Shown here piece after piece: positions 24,252 to 38,663 of a stretch of 64,000 bases of DNA (positions within the stretch are counted from its first letter, which is position 1; the number at the start of each line of letters is the position of its first letter). The notes beneath the pieces were generated by a model. It worked only from the letters and a program-made list of their open reading frames with translations. It ran no database searches and had not been told where the DNA came from. Both the position numbers and the translations under genes were made by a program. Source of the DNA: Lytechinus pictus (taxonomy: Eukaryota); the NCBI RefSeq assembly GCF_037042905.1, contig NC_087251.1, positions 24,120,001 through 24,184,000 on the forward strand, in the 5' to 3' direction.

Positions 24252-26659
24252 TGTAACTTTGTTGCAATTAAAGGAGCTAAGCTATGAGAAGCAAAGTTCT
24301 CTGTCGATAATGATGATTCGTATGATTTGTTTATTTTATATATAACCTCAGGTGAAATATACTGCAATACGCCTCCTCTAGTCAGACTCAAAGGTCAAGA
24401 AGATAAGAATATACGTGATGAAATAATCGTAAACAATTCAGGGATGTTTCGTTTTATTACTGAGAAGTATAGAATGTAACCAACAGGCGTATAGTATACT
24501 GTGCACCTTAGTGCCTTGTTGTAGTACACACCTCAATACTGACCACCGGGACTGACCATTGTCCATGCATAGAGCTATTGGACCATCCCCCCACCTTAAA
24601 AAGGATCAATAAAAAGGGAAAGGGCCGAGTGAAATGAGATAGCTCTATGGTCCATGGTTGGTCAGGAACTCGATCGGTAATATTGTCCGCTTTTGTGTTG
24701 ACGGTACGGAAAGTTTGTGTCACTGATCTGTATTATTTCAGGTCAGTGATGAGGCCCGGGAATCATGAACACCAGTGGGGTCCAATAAATTTGTGAATTA
24801 TCCCAATAATCCCTGCAATAAGTCTACTGTGGCACTGCATTTCATCATTTTACTAAAAAATAATAACATTAAGCAGATTTTTCATTCATTATAATACAAC
24901 CATTTATATGTAAGTTTTATAGCTTTCCACTTATAAGGTTCAAAGTATTCCCCTCACGATTATTTCAGTCAGAAACTTGGAATCATATGTTTAGCCTTTT
25001 GTTTGTTTGCTTTGATAAACTAATTGATATTACTGAAATGGAAATCGTAATTCAAGGGTTCCAAATTATGGTTTTCTTTTTTTTTCTCTCTCTCTCTACC
25101 CATCTTTTTGCTATACTAGCAAAATGAGAATACGTACCCTGCATGCCTGCCTATGTTCTTTCTCGAAGGCCAATCTTACGCCCAGCAAAAAGTTTATTTG
25201 AATAAAAAATAAAACGCTGAAAAAGGGCATTTAAATTGGACTTGATGAGGTCCCATACACAAATCAACTTTTTTTTTTTTGGGGGGGGGGGTGGGGTAGG
25301 TGTACTTGACCTTTCACATTCAAGGCAAACGGGCGAAAGATGCACTTTGTTTTTTGATAAAGCGTAAATTGTATCAATATTTTGATATAAAATGAGTTTT
25401 TGTTATCTATAACCTGCTACAAGCAAGCCAATTCCTTATTTTCGGCCAATTTCGTTTTGTTTTCCTGATATGCCTATGCCGTGATCTCTCGATTTGTCTG
25501 CAACTTTCTTTTCTCTCTGTCGATCTCCCTCCCTCTCTCACTCCCTTTCCCCTCCCTCTCTCCCTTCAACTCCCTTTTTCATCACCACTCTCTTTCCCTC
25601 TTTTCACACATTCTCCCCACCCCCACTCTCCGTTCTGTCTCACCCCCCCCCTCCTCTAATTCGATCCTTTCACTCTTTCGCTGCTGCTACCTTCCTATAA
25701 TTATGTAGGCCTCATTCATGAATGTATAGCCTCACTAACAATTCCATGGTTTGACATAATTGACTCGGGAATATTGGAGAAGTATGTCTGTTTTTATTCA
25801 AAACAATTATCATGTGTTTGGATACATGCTCATGACCCACTTTTTAATATGCAAGTCATTTCTTTCTATCACTTTCCGATATTGCCCTTGAAACATAAAA
25901 GCCATTTAATTCTTAATCGAGTTGAATTTTCTTTTCCACATCCTCATTAAAAACATGTAAATATAAAGCATAACAAACAATTTAGTCAAGAAAATGCAAA
26001 AGAAACAATTTTTGAACAAACAAGAAGATTACAATGGAAATATGGTGGGATCATAACAAGTTTTGAAAAAAAAAACTTGTACACATGATCCCAATTTACA
26101 TAAACATAAAATTTACATAATAAATAATGGTTAGAGAATGATTTTAAAAGAAAAGGGGATTATTTTGTTAAGCTTAATAGAATTAATTGGTGTCCTATGA
26201 CCTTAAAGTGACATTTTGAGGTCAGTTAATACAAAACACATCTATTAAACGGTATAGTTTTTCATGGTCACAATGAAAAGAAAGTCCATGAAATAAAGTA
26301 AACTGAGCCATAAGAGCTATTTTATAATTATGTTTGTTTAAAAGTGCAGTACATAATCACAAACAATGTATGTATTCTGACTTAGTATTACTTAACCCAT
26401 TATTACACTCCTTCAATAATCGGCGTTTGTTCTTTCATGCTTTAATTGCAATCATTATTATTAACCTTTGCATAGATCTGGGCCATAATAAGGATATGCC
26501 TAATAATACAGAAGTAATTAAGATATCAAAGACAGAATATTCACCCAGTTGATACTCATTCAGCTGCTAATATTTATTCATTAATATCATTGTAACTTTT
26601 GGAGATTTATTCCTGAAATCATGATACTCTAGTCTAAGCACTTTTCGTGAAGATTGGAA

Positions 26660-26662
<3 letters not shown>

Positions 26663-26710
<48 letters not shown>
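26663..26710. repeat. (TA)n microsatellite
   Basis: Direct reading. Confidence 0.9.
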
Positions 26711-27631
26711 GCGAACAGAACTATATAGTGCACAGAATTATTATACTTTAAAAAACTGACCTGAAAAGAAGGCATTGTTTATGGACTGTTTTTTCTCAAT
26801 TCATGAAGAGAATCCGTATCTCAAACAAAATATTACTATTGTAAAAAGGATCATAAAGGATATTATTGTTTATTTGAAAGCAATGAAAATAGAATACAAT
26901 TTGAAAAAAAAGAGAGAGAGAAAAAGCCACACTGACCAGTGACCACACAGAATCAGTTTCAATAATTATGAATATATGTATTATACATTACGTTCGAGTA
27001 CTATAGATATTCTTAAGACCAACCTTATAAAAAACAATTATTGAAAAAATTGCAGTATTTCGACAAACCATTTTCACGAACCGCGGACCTTCTCAGTTTC
27101 GCACAATTCAAATTTTTTTTGTTTGAATCTGATAAAGTTAAAACTTTATCAGATTTCAAAGTGATCCCTAGATAACAACGAATGTGTACGAATACGTAAA
27201 CATGCCGGGGGACCATAATATTTCGTGTGAGGGAGGGGAGAAAGTTGAAGACCTAAAGGTAATTATTTTCTCACAGAATTATAAAGGTAAATGTCCCAAT
27301 ACTCATTGATGCTCGTCTTGCTACTTTCTTCTCACTTCTTCCCATTTTCGTAAATTTCTCCTTTCTATTTTTTGTTCACTTAAATTTTGAGAATACGAAC
27401 CTTTCGCCTCATTGCACCCTAATTGCCCCCCCCCCCCTCAGGCGCGGCCCCCTGAATATGAACAAGCACAAGCTGCAGTAGATTACTGCAATGAGAAAAG
27501 GTATATACAAAATAAAAACATAAAATGTTACAATAAATCGAAGGATTGGTGTTACAACTTCGGATCTCGGATACTAGTAAAAGTTGGGCAGCTAGGTTGG
27601 CAGCTTCGTTGATGTTGACATATATATGATC

Positions 27632-28075
27632 TCAGTCACTTTTCGTCTTGACAGTCCTTGTATAGGTGGTATTTAGATCACGTCGATTTACAAGAATAAT
27701 CAAGAGTACAATACCAAGGAACAACGGAGGAGAAGCCATTGCGATGGGATCACCAATCTTCTGATGTGTCAGGAATGCTCCAATCATGAGTATAAGAAGA
27801 TAGAAGGCGCCAGTCACCCTCCAAAACGTGCGTCCGAATGCAAGCATGCTCCCGAATACAGTCTCGGCAAATCCGACAGCCGACCTGTAAATGGTCGTCG
27901 TGATCGTCACTCCGAAGATGTGGTGTACAGGGAGGACGGAGAGATAACGTTTGAACATCGCTTTCATCTCTGACTGGCTAAATCCATTGCCAAGCTCGAT
28001 CGGTGTGAGCTTCAGAAGACCTGCGAAGATGAATAAAAACCCGACCAGCACAGCGACGTAGTGAATGAGTCCCAT
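27632..28075 (-). CDS. TMEM35: TMEM35/NACHO-like 4-TM ER membrane protein, paralog 1, 147 aa
   Basis: GFLFIFAGLLKLTP, SEMKAMFKRY..VLP, VGFAETVFG, THQKIGDP resemble TMEM35A; Kozak accATGg; C-terminal KTKSD. Confidence 0.88.
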   Translation of the reverse strand: MGLIHYVAVLVGFLFIFAGLLKLTPIELGNGFSQSEMKAMFKRYLSVLPVHHIFGVTITTTIYRSAVGFAETVFGSMLAFGRTFWRVTGAFYLLILMIGAFLTHQKIGDPIAMASPPLFLGIVLLIILVNRRDLNTTYTRTVKTKSD

Positions 28076-29840
28076 GGTGATAATGTCCCCTTTCTACATA
28101 CACAACATGTGAATTCAAGATAGATGCATTCAACCTGTCTCTAGTCTTGTGTTATGACATGGAGACCGTTTTAGTCAGCCGCGCTTGAACAGATTTTTAT
28201 TAAGGTCTTATTCCCTAAATATTTATCTTAGATGTTCACAGGAAATCTTAGAAACATTGTTGATCACATTAGATCTAGACTTGTACACAAATTGCACTCC
28301 TTTAATCGTCGCAAACGTGAAACTGTGAACATCTAGGCAGTATATACAGCTCGAGTCGAGTGTTGATAAGGGGGGTTAAAGGTTATCCAGGCCAGGACAA
28401 AGAACGCACGCCACCGCGTCCGAAGCACTGGTAGTAGTTGTAGAGCGGAAGAAAACACAATAGGAGCTCCTATCGGGGCTCCGAGCTGATCTATGATAAT
28501 AGGGCTCCGGCCTTATTCTAGTATACTTCTTTTTCCTGTTTTCATTATATGGTATGATCATAAATATATCCATGGTATATTTGGGCTTATAACCATAAAA
28601 GAAAGGCAATTAATGAATATATGAAAAACCTTATACTTGTATAAGTATTAGTATTTATGCTCATGTAATGTTTATTACATAAAGCATGAATAAAGAAAAC
28701 AATCTGTCGAATGTGGGTTCAACAAGAGATTAGCCTTCTTACGTCGACCCCCCCCCCCCCCCACAATACACGAAGGGGGGGGGGTGATAAAAGTGAAGAG
28801 AAATGAAAGTTTAAATAAGCTCTTATTATGTATATTTAAGTTACGGGCTTCAAATTTAATAAGAAATAATCGAAAGGAATGTAAAAAGCTATTAACGGAG
28901 AATTGATTCTTTAGATGGTTTGAGATAGCATATCAAAGATGACGACGTTTGCAAAATATAGTATTCTTTGAAAAAAAATTCTGACAATATGTCAAAGCTT
29001 TGCAGATATTATATTTATGTGTTAAGGTCAGTTTTCAATGCAATTAGAGGAGATGAAAGGCCTTTTGGAACACATAAACATAGAACTCATTCAATTTATT
29101 TATCATGTTGGTATAATAATTCCAACTTCAATAAATAATATGAACAACCTTAGCAACCCATTGCATATGACACCAGTTCTACCTTTTTTAAGATTCATAG
29201 ATAAGAAATAGGTTGTCTTCGAAATGTTGTTTGGTGAATAAGATATATTTTACTTACCATGATTAGGCCTTTTAGACCCGCTTTGAACACTTCCTTTCTT
29301 ATCTGATGAAGATGAGTCTAATCATTATGTACCAGAAATATACCAAGCCTTTGTAACAGTACTTTCCTGGCTGGTTATCTTATTCATTTTTTTTCTTCTA
29401 ATTTAAATCAACATCTAAATGCCTCATATTCATAGACCATTCAATTTTTTAAGCTATAAATGCATCTCTCTCACATACACACACATAAGCTCAAAACCCC
29501 CCTCCCACACACTCTATGCTCCCCCCTTAGCCTCTGCCTCTCTTTCTCTGCCTTCCTCTCTCTTTTCCTCTCTTTCAACCTCTCTGTCTACCCTGTATGT
29601 ACCACTTCTTTGATCTTGGGTTTTTTTAAGTGACATGAACACTGTGCAGTAGCACTGGACAGTGAATGGTAAGGTTTTCTCTTAACTTGTTTGGCCGACT
29701 AATACGTGTAAATAAAGGGGAAAGGAAATACTTTCATCCTATGAAACGTACTTACTTTAATGTTATACATATGAGTATTACATCTTTACCTACAAATATA
29801 AAAGATGACAACAGATGATAATCAGACATTAAAGAAAATA

Positions 29841-31509
29841 CACTGTTGGTCATAAAGGTGGAATATTTTTTTTCACCAAATTTTCTCAGCGTAATTATTA
29901 CAACATGATTTGAATATGGCATTTATGGTGCATGATAACCACTTTGCTTTATAATTCTGCCTTTTACACACGTTTGACAGTGATATTTTACAAGTTTATG
30001 TCCTAAGCGATGGATGTCATGAGCATAGAACAACACTGACGACAATATACAGTAAATTAAAGGATCATGAGATATTTATTTTCAATCTCTCTCAGTTTTC
30101 CAGATGACTTTTTTTTGTGATTTCATGGACAAATTTGCATCAAACTTGAGTCATTGTTCTTACTCAGTCACTAGTATCGGGTATGTCCACCCCTGGCACG
30201 AACCAGCGCATGCAGACGTCGTTACATGCTGTCCACTAGCTTGTTGATGACGTCAACAGGCATAGCGTCCCATTCTTCCCTCAGAGCATCTGCCAACTCC
30301 TGCAGATTTTGAGGAATGACCTCTCTGTCGTTGATGGCTCGGCCTAGGGCATCCCATGCATGCTCTATGGGGTTCATATCCGGCGAACAAGCTGGCCATG
30401 GCAACTGTACGACGCCCTCTGCCTCCAGGAATTCCTTTACTGCAGCGGCCCTTTGCGGTCTAGCGTTGTCATCCTGCAGTCGGAAATTGTGCCCATACAC
30501 TCGTCTTGCATATGAAAGACAGTGATACTCCAAGATATCCCTGTAGGCGGCGGCGTTGACGTTTCAGTCCGGAACCACCATTGGCGTTTTCCCTCCATAA
30601 TGGATGCCGGCCCATATCATCACTGAGCCGCCTCCGACTTGAGTCGTCTCGTGGATACATTCATCACAAAGGTTTTCCCGGCTAATCGACGAACTCGTTG
30701 TCTCCCATCCTGTCGGTCAAGGATGAACCGGCTTTCGTCCGTGAAGACCACATGTTGCCAATGTCCTGGATGAAGCCTTCTGTGCTCCCTAGCCCAAAGA
30801 AGACGAGCTACTCTGAGGTGAACAGACAGGCGTGGACATTTGGTTAACCGTCGTGCTCGGTAACCATGTTGGAGCAATCTGCGATTAACGGTTGACCGGG
30901 AAACGTTAATCCCATGATATCTCCTCCACAAGCGACGGAGACGGCTCGTGGGCAATTTCCGGTTTCTGCGGCTGAAATTCAACAGTTGGCGATCATCTCT
31001 TCTTGTGGTCAATCTGGGACGTCCTGGAGATTTCCGTGGCTGCACATTCCCCGACTCACGTTGACGTTTCAGGATCTTAGAGACTGCACTCTGTGATATC
31101 CCTAGGACTTCTGCGGTATCAGTCTGCTTGTAGCCCTCCTGTCGCAGTGCTACCACTCTCTCGCGTGTTGCTGTTGCCGTTGGACCAGGCATAGTCCATG
31201 GAACGTCTCTACCGATTTTTATTTCAAACGGTACAAGGAACTCGAAAAAATGCAACCTTCTTATACACAGTGCTAAATCAGGGAAAGGGACAGAATATCA
31301 TATGCATAGGCTTTTATAGTCTACAACAAAATAATTTATTACGTAATCAAAATTTCTCATGTTATAATGTCACCTGTGTAATGGGGAAACGTTATCATGA
31401 TTATGTAATCACTCAATTACCATTTTGTCTACGCGTAGCCTTTCAAATACCAACAAAACTGTCGATTTTTATTCAAAAATATTTTATTCCACCTTTATGA
31501 CCAACAGTG
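29841..31509 (-). mobile_element. Tc1-family DNA transposon, 1,669 bp
   Basis: Perfect 25-bp TIR cactgttggtcataaaggtggaata; TA duplication at 29839-40 and 31510-11. Confidence 0.95.
30171..31192 (-). pseudogene. Tc1 DD34E transposase, frameshifted with a premature stop
   Basis: HTH, GRPR, FTDESRF, QDDNARP...SPDMNPIE (34 residues between D and E); reading frame broken around 30680-30540; TAA at 30222 precedes RRLHALVRARGGHTRY*. Confidence 0.92.
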
Positions 31510-33427
31510 TATGAGCCTGTCTAAAAAGCATAATTAAATTATTTTCTTTATACTCATGCTCAATTACAACATACATAATTGACCTTTCAATTCAGTCATG
31601 CACAAATTGTTTGTGTCATACTCTTTTTTGAGATCTTATTAGATTTCAGATTACGATGCATACCATGCCATCAAATCTACTCAAGGACATCAGTGCATTA
31701 TTTATGTTTATACTCTATTACCACATTCAATAGTATTTATATTTGAAAAAAACCTCTTGAATCAAAGTAATACATGAAATAGACAACATCTTGCAAAAAT
31801 CAGTTTGAGTCAGAAAAAATAATAATGGCATTATATTTGGAGGCTCAAAGTTGTTATCTCTAATAAACTTTTAAAATTGATGTTCTTTCTTTTTCTAAGG
31901 CAATGTAAAGTGGTCAATAATCTTACATATATAGTCTTATTTTGATTATATGACTTACAAATTGTATCAAATCTCAGAGGTACTAAATTTTGTCAAGCTC
32001 TGCTTCTTTTTTAGTGCCTAGTTTCACATGTTTTCTACATCATGTGTAATCAAGCTATTGATTTTGTATATGTATCTAAGATTTCTTGCCAATTTGTCTC
32101 AAACCTTATGCATCATTTTTTGTTATATTGTTACCTTTAACATTTGACACATGAGAAATAAAGACGCTTGTACTGAATTGAACTCTAATTGAAATTATCA
32201 ACACCTTCTTCTGATTCTGCAAAGACTGTCATTTATTGACTCCAGTTTTCATCCTTGTGGAATGGTAGTCTGAACTTTCATTAATTAGCAAGAGATAATT
32301 TCATTTCAAACATCAAAATATAATTGTAATGTTTATTTGCAAGAGGAGTGAACACACACTTACACAAACAATTGTAAACAAATCATTAAAAGTGAGGAGA
32401 GCATTAACTCTTACATACAGATAAATTCTAGTTGAGGTAATCATAAAATTGGCTCAAACAGAATGCACAATAATGACCTCAGTATAATTAGGTAGCAAAT
32501 GATTCTAATAGATTAAAATTTGTTGCGTTATTATAGAAATTAGTGTTGACATCTGTGAGTATTCTGCTCATTTTCAAAGCTATAGTTAGGGCAGGTGCTT
32601 ATGCACATTTGTAAAATTTTAGTATAATAATTTCTCTGCTAGCAATCATTATTTCACTTCTGACTGGCTTAAATTGTATCAGAACTCATGAAAACATAAC
32701 TATTGGAACAAAAAAAAACCTATTGTTAAAAATACAATATAAAAAGCCTTTTACAGTCACTTTGAGACAGTTTCTATCATATTCAAATTGGCAACCACAT
32801 CTGATTTATCATGTTGACAATTGATTCTTTCTAGTTACATTTAAAAGATCATAAATGAAAATATGCCAGCGAGTTTGATACATGAAACATAAGACATATT
32901 GAAAGAAATATTTGTTTTTTAAAATGGCTATGGGTAAATAATAATAAAAAAAATTAACTGCATTTAGTATTCTAAAAAATACTGTAGAAAAACTACTGTA
33001 ACTGCATTTAAACATAGAGGCAACTGAGCATGATAAAGATTGCACATTTCATTTGATAATTCAGAAATGGTTCTGTCAACAGCTTCAGAACTTGTTCATG
33101 TTAGAGTACAACACACACACAGGTAAATAGATTTTGAAGAGTAAAATCAAATAACATGTTTTGAAGCAGTTGCACAGACATATTAAATCTACAATGAAAA
33201 TACAAAAATTTGTCATGTTTGATCCAAAAGGTTGCATGTCCCATGTACTGATGGGAGACTGACCTACTAGCAAATAATTTATTGTTAAGCTATTCATTGA
33301 TCAGCTTGAGGCAACTAGAAAATGAAAAGCTGATTCTGGTCAATGGATATTGGGTGAATTTTCTTGACAATTAGAGGTGAAAACATTATGGAGAATGTCA
33401 AGAATTTAAAATGATATCACTCATTTG

Positions 33428-33902
33428 CAGGGTTGGGCTAAATTACTTTCTTCAATTACAATTACAAGTACATAATTGAAGAAATGTTCAATTACAATTA
33501 CTTTTCATTTACAAATACAATTACCAATTACTTTTGTCAATTAAAACTTCAATTGCTTTCTAGAAAAGTCATAACAGACACCAATTTTTATTCTTAACAT
33601 ATTACCACCTATTTACGGAGAAACTGAAAAGATGAAGGTTTAGGTTAAAGAGCACGGATTCTCCCTGTTACTCTCTTTGATGCTGAAGCAGTTGACATGA
33701 AAAAGGCCAAGAAATTAAATCATAAATTAAGTAAATTTATTGTAAACTAATTGAATGTAATTAAAAGTAATTGAAGTAAATTACTTTTTTTTTTCAATTA
33801 CAATTACTTTCCCGTTCAAAACTTCAATTAAATAACAATTACTGGAAAAAATGTAATTAATTACATAATTGATCAACTACCTTGTAATTGAGCCCAACCC
33901 TG
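33428..33902. mobile_element. hAT-like MITE
   Basis: TIR cagggttgggctaaattac / gtaattgagcccaaccctg; 8-bp TSD ctcatttg / ctcaattg; many caattac subterminal repeats. Confidence 0.8.
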
Positions 33903-34068
33903 CTCAATTGTAAGAGAAAAAGAACAACAGAATTGATATATCATGATAACAACATGAGTCAACAATGGTATTGAATGCTGGATTTTGCAAAATATATAAT
34001 GCTGAACTTCACCTTTAAAAATGTTGACAGGTGAACCATTTGTAAATTGTCCATTTAAAGTAATGATA

Positions 34069-37000
34069 TCAGTTGATGTCTTCTACAGTATGTCCAATCC
34101 TCAACACGACATTAGCAATGTCCACAGCCACACAAAATGAATTGAATCTCACAGCAAAGGAGTCCAAGATCAGGCCAGTCCTGTCTCTATCTAGACCCAT
34201 GGAAGGATTCTGACCATACATCCCATTATGCAATGCAGTCCGATCTGTGCTAGTGGGATCATCATCATTCCTAGTTTCAGTTTTCTCTCCATAAGCAGTG
34301 TCAATTGTAGTCATGCTGGCATCTTTGGTAGCTTGCTCTTCCATCCTGTACTCTCCATACTTGAGATTTCCAACAATGCCCCAAGAGCCTTGCCTCATCT
34401 GATTGGCTAGCTTCATGCCACAGCCACACCCACCCATCCTCTGCAGCCAATCAGGATCCTCCATGGACTCCCGTGGGATGGACCAGCAGTGATGAGATGT
34501 GGAGTCTGTCACAATATGGCTGGTATCTGTACAAGAAGTTGCCATGGTGACTTCCTCTAAGCTGGATGCAAAGGTATCCGATAATTTCAGAAACTGGCTT
34601 TTGGAGCACCCTGCATCTCTCCATGTGCTTTCATCCATGTGCATTACCTGTACATTGAATATGTAATACAGAACATGCATAACAATAAAAAAGATAATCA
34701 TAAGAATTTTCAGTAACTACTTAAAATTGGTTAAAAGCAATGTAAATAACCTCTAAAATAGTTCAAAAGCTATTGTGGAATGTCTTATAGATGGTAACAT
34801 TCTTATTCTGAATAAGACGAAGTAGTGAACATAAAAAGTATTCATATATAAAAGTAATTTACATAATGCACCATCATCAAGTAAGAAACATCATAGATGT
34901 ATTATTTTTGCAGGCATCTGTCATCTTAATTTTACCACAATTAATTAATAATCATGAGAAATCACATGTGAAGGGTGAGAGGGATTGGATTCTGACCTGT
35001 TCTCTTATATGATGAGCCAGGATAACATGGAGACAGCCTGCTCCAGGGACAGTGGTGGGATCACTCAAGGTCAAGGCCAGGGTATGATGAGCTACATTAC
35101 AAACATGCTGCTTGTACAGGGGAAAAAAAAGCAATATACTTGACTGTTTAAGTATTATGTGTAAGCAAAGATAAAGTTCTACAACACTGTAAATGGAATT
35201 GAACTATTCAAGATATAAAGAATAGGCACACTGAATGAGTGCTGAACAATGTAATTGCAGTCCTATCTTTTCGCACTGAGCATTCAAAAGTGATTTAGGA
35301 TTCGCTGGACAGGATGTATAAAGACAATATTTAGATCCATTTGATGTAAATGTATATATACCTACTGATACAAGAATGTGTCATTCTAATCATGTATGTA
35401 TAATCACCTAGCACAAAACTACAATGAACTGGCACAAGTTATCATCTACAACGAGTTCCTCAACTAACCATTTGGTCTAATTGCCACAAATCCCAATTTA
35501 TAATTTTGTCTAATTTCCAATTCTAAAGGCTCTACTCATTTTGTCTAATATCCATTAGGTCCAACATCACTTTGTAAAGTGGTGCTCAAAGTTAGTGAAC
35601 CCCACCAGAAAATCAACATATTTAAAGTGTTTGATTTCTACCATGTTTTAGATATTTAATTGTGAAGCCTGGTGATACAATATTCCATTCAATAAATTTT
35701 GTTTCTCTGCCGAACATTGTAGTGTTGTCAACATTTAACATGCACTCAGTATGAAGGAGTGCATTGTGTGGTGGGGTTCACTAACTTTTGAGCACAACTG
35801 TATATATGATTAGATGAATTAATAATGAACTGAATTCTCATTTGACAAAGTGCAAAAGAGTAAGTAAAGGAAGTGGGTATTAGACCATCTGGGCATTGGA
35901 CTAAACAACAGTTAGCACCAGTGAGTAAACCAAGTGAAGTCTGGACCAAACAATGGTGTAAGACAATCTGAGGTTTAGACTATCTACGAGAAGAACAAGT
36001 GGTTGCAAGCCCATGAATATAGCACGAATTGACATTTACCTTCATTTCCTCCAGACTCTGCTCGGTGTGATTGCATAATACCAGTGTACAAAGTGATGAA
36101 GAATGGTTCTGGAGATGAAGATAGCTCCTATCAAACATGACAAGATGTTGGATATCCGACACCTTACCTAAACTGGACGATGGGACTGCGCAGCTGAAAG
36201 AACCAAGAACTTCTGCACCTAAAAATGAGAAATGATGAAGACATTGCGTACAGTCAACTTTTAGCTTAGACAAGTAAAACTAATCGGTAAGTCAATTCAT
36301 GGTGGCTGTTAAGCTCCTCTGGGCTACAATTGATCTGACACTTCTTCAATCAATATCAAAGACCCTTTACAAATAATAAATCATATCCATAAAGTAAATT
36401 GAACCTATATTCTTTGCTTCAAGAAACTGAACATGAAGACAATTTTGAATTTTGCAGAGACCACCCAGTTCCAAATACAAAGGTTTAAAATGTGAAATCT
36501 GTCCAAAAAATTCTATATTTTATTTAGTATGTTTAAAACTATGACAACATTTAATGCAAGGAATACTCAATCATTTAATTTCCCAATTCAATGATTGAAT
36601 AATCTATTTAATCAGTATCATTAACCCAGCATTGCTGCAGGCAAAGAAGTGTCAGTATTTACCAGTGACCTGCTGTACTGCTCCAATATGACGGATGGAC
36701 AGACGATCCATAGCTAACATCCCCTTCTGTCTGAGGTAGCTTTTGATGGATGGGTGTATGACCTTTTGACATGCTATTAATCCAACTCTCATGTCCACAA
36801 GCTGATCAAACAGATCCCTCATGGCTTTAAGATTACTAGCTTCAGCTGTCACTCCTGGGGCCAGCTCAAAACTGAAATGACAAATATAAACATTTATAAA
36901 CATATTGCTTGTACAAGCTGTGTCCTATTGTTCATTTTTCAGGTCCGAAGGTGTATACATAGGTAAGACAATGCAGGCGTGAAACATAGGTGTAATAACT

Positions 37001-38346
37001 TGCACTTTTGAATATCACATAAAGGAAACAATTTAGAGTACTAGAGAATTATTGTGCTTTTGATCTTGGCTGCATGAAACCTGAGAATTATACTTAGCCT
37101 AATGTTTTTGTAATGAATGCAGTAAAATTAATCTCTAACAATTTTCATTCTTCAAAAACTCAATGCATTTGCCTGTAATATTCCAGTAAAAAACACATTA
37201 TGTATTCCAAACATTTAACCTTTACATACATCTAATATAGAGATTAGTGAAATATGGATACAGTTCACAACTAAATCTTTCAGTAGCTCTGGATGTTTTG
37301 TCATTTTTAGTATCTGGTAAACTTAATTAATTTAAATTTGATGACTTCATGACATATCAGAGCTTTTGTCTAAAAGATATCAACAAAGGGCAACATTCCA
37401 TGTGATACGCCTTTCATCCTTGACATACAAAATATACAAACAAAGACAAAAAGCACACACTAGAATAAACCAACTCTACAGGGTATGTGTTTAGTTAAAC
37501 TGCTCTAACAATGTCTTACCGAACATCAGTGTATTCTTCACTATCCCCTGACAGAGATATGTTGAACAGCACCACTCTAACACACCCAGCATCAGGTCCA
37601 GTCTCTATCCTAGGCACTTGTAAATCCTTAGTAAAGAAAGCAGGAATATCTGGAGCTTCTATCAATATACCTTCTACAATGTGTGACTCTGAAGGCATCT
37701 CTCCCTCTACTCCGATGAGTTGGACCTCAGGAATGGTCAGTGGCTGACCGTGGTCTACACTGGGAATGGAGGATATGAAGGATTGTACGATTAATCTTGC
37801 TACCAGGCGAAGGTCCCGCTTGACCAGGCCGCACCCTGGCTTTGAAGCAATCACTGGGCGAACAAGAGACAAGAGCGTCTCCATGGAAGCCACATTGACA
37901 GGAATCCTACAGCTATCGCTGGACATCATAGTATTCTTGCATATGTCTTGCATTATTTCATTGACAGCTACACACATCATAGGATGTAGTCCTGTCTCCC
38001 AGCAACCTTGGATGAGTGAGCATGCCAGAAGAGCAGCATGAAGACCTCCATCTGAATACACTTTCAGATGTCCCTCCACTGCTGTAGATATCATCTTCAG
38101 CAGTGGTTTGGATAAGGACAGGGTTGACAGTAGTCTCTGGCTGGAGGAAGTCAGGGTAACATGACCTCCACACTGGTTCTGAATCATTTTCAAGTGCCCT
38201 TGCGGTCCGTAGCAAGATTTGATGATGGATTTGAAGGCTTGGAGAGCACGGATGTTGGATGGATGTTGCTGGTCATAAGAGCTGATGCGAGATTGTTCCT
38301 TTGGAGTTTGATAGGCCATACTTGTTCCTGGAGATGCAGCACACAT
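34069..38346 (-). CDS. MKKS: McKusick-Kaufman / Bardet-Biedl syndrome 6 chaperonin-like protein (~634 aa, 5 coding exons)
   Basis: Exons 38346-37520, 36871-36663, 36218-36040, 35107-34997, 34647-34069 join in frame with GT-AG. Motifs: SCYGPQGHLK, TSSSQRLL, YSDGGL, CQKVIHP, PGAGC, HHCW, CGCG, ILDSF. Confidence 0.93.
35576..35802. mobile_element. Tc1/mariner-like MITE (second copy ~60930-61164)
   Basis: agtggtgctcaaagttagtgaacccc / ggggttcactaacttttgagcacaactgta. Confidence 0.7.
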
Positions 38347-38663
38347 CTGGAAAAATAAAATAAAACACTTCTTAATTCAAGGCTAACTCTGATACAAGAT
38401 CTGCACTCATTTAACTAGTTGGCAGCCATCTTCAACATGATATCATTGTCATCCTTTGAATGTAAAATAAATTCAATGTAGGAAGCTGAGACAGTTAGTC
38501 TTATTTTCCAAATAAATCAAATCACCTGAAATTAGGATTAGAATGTGAACACTGACTGATATATCAAAATAAACAGCAACAGATATAATTTCTACATTTT
38601 GATAGCTGATTTGCCCAATAGTAAGTACAATTTCATAATATCTTTATAGAACTCAAAAAAGAA

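Noticed and set aside
25480..25710. Ser/Pro/Leu ORFs here and at 29419-29613
   Set aside because: They arise from low-complexity CT-rich tracts.
38035..38065. Degenerate chaperonin ATP motif (YSDGG instead of GDGTT)
   Set aside because: This is a known property of the MKKS/BBS6 family, not a lesion.
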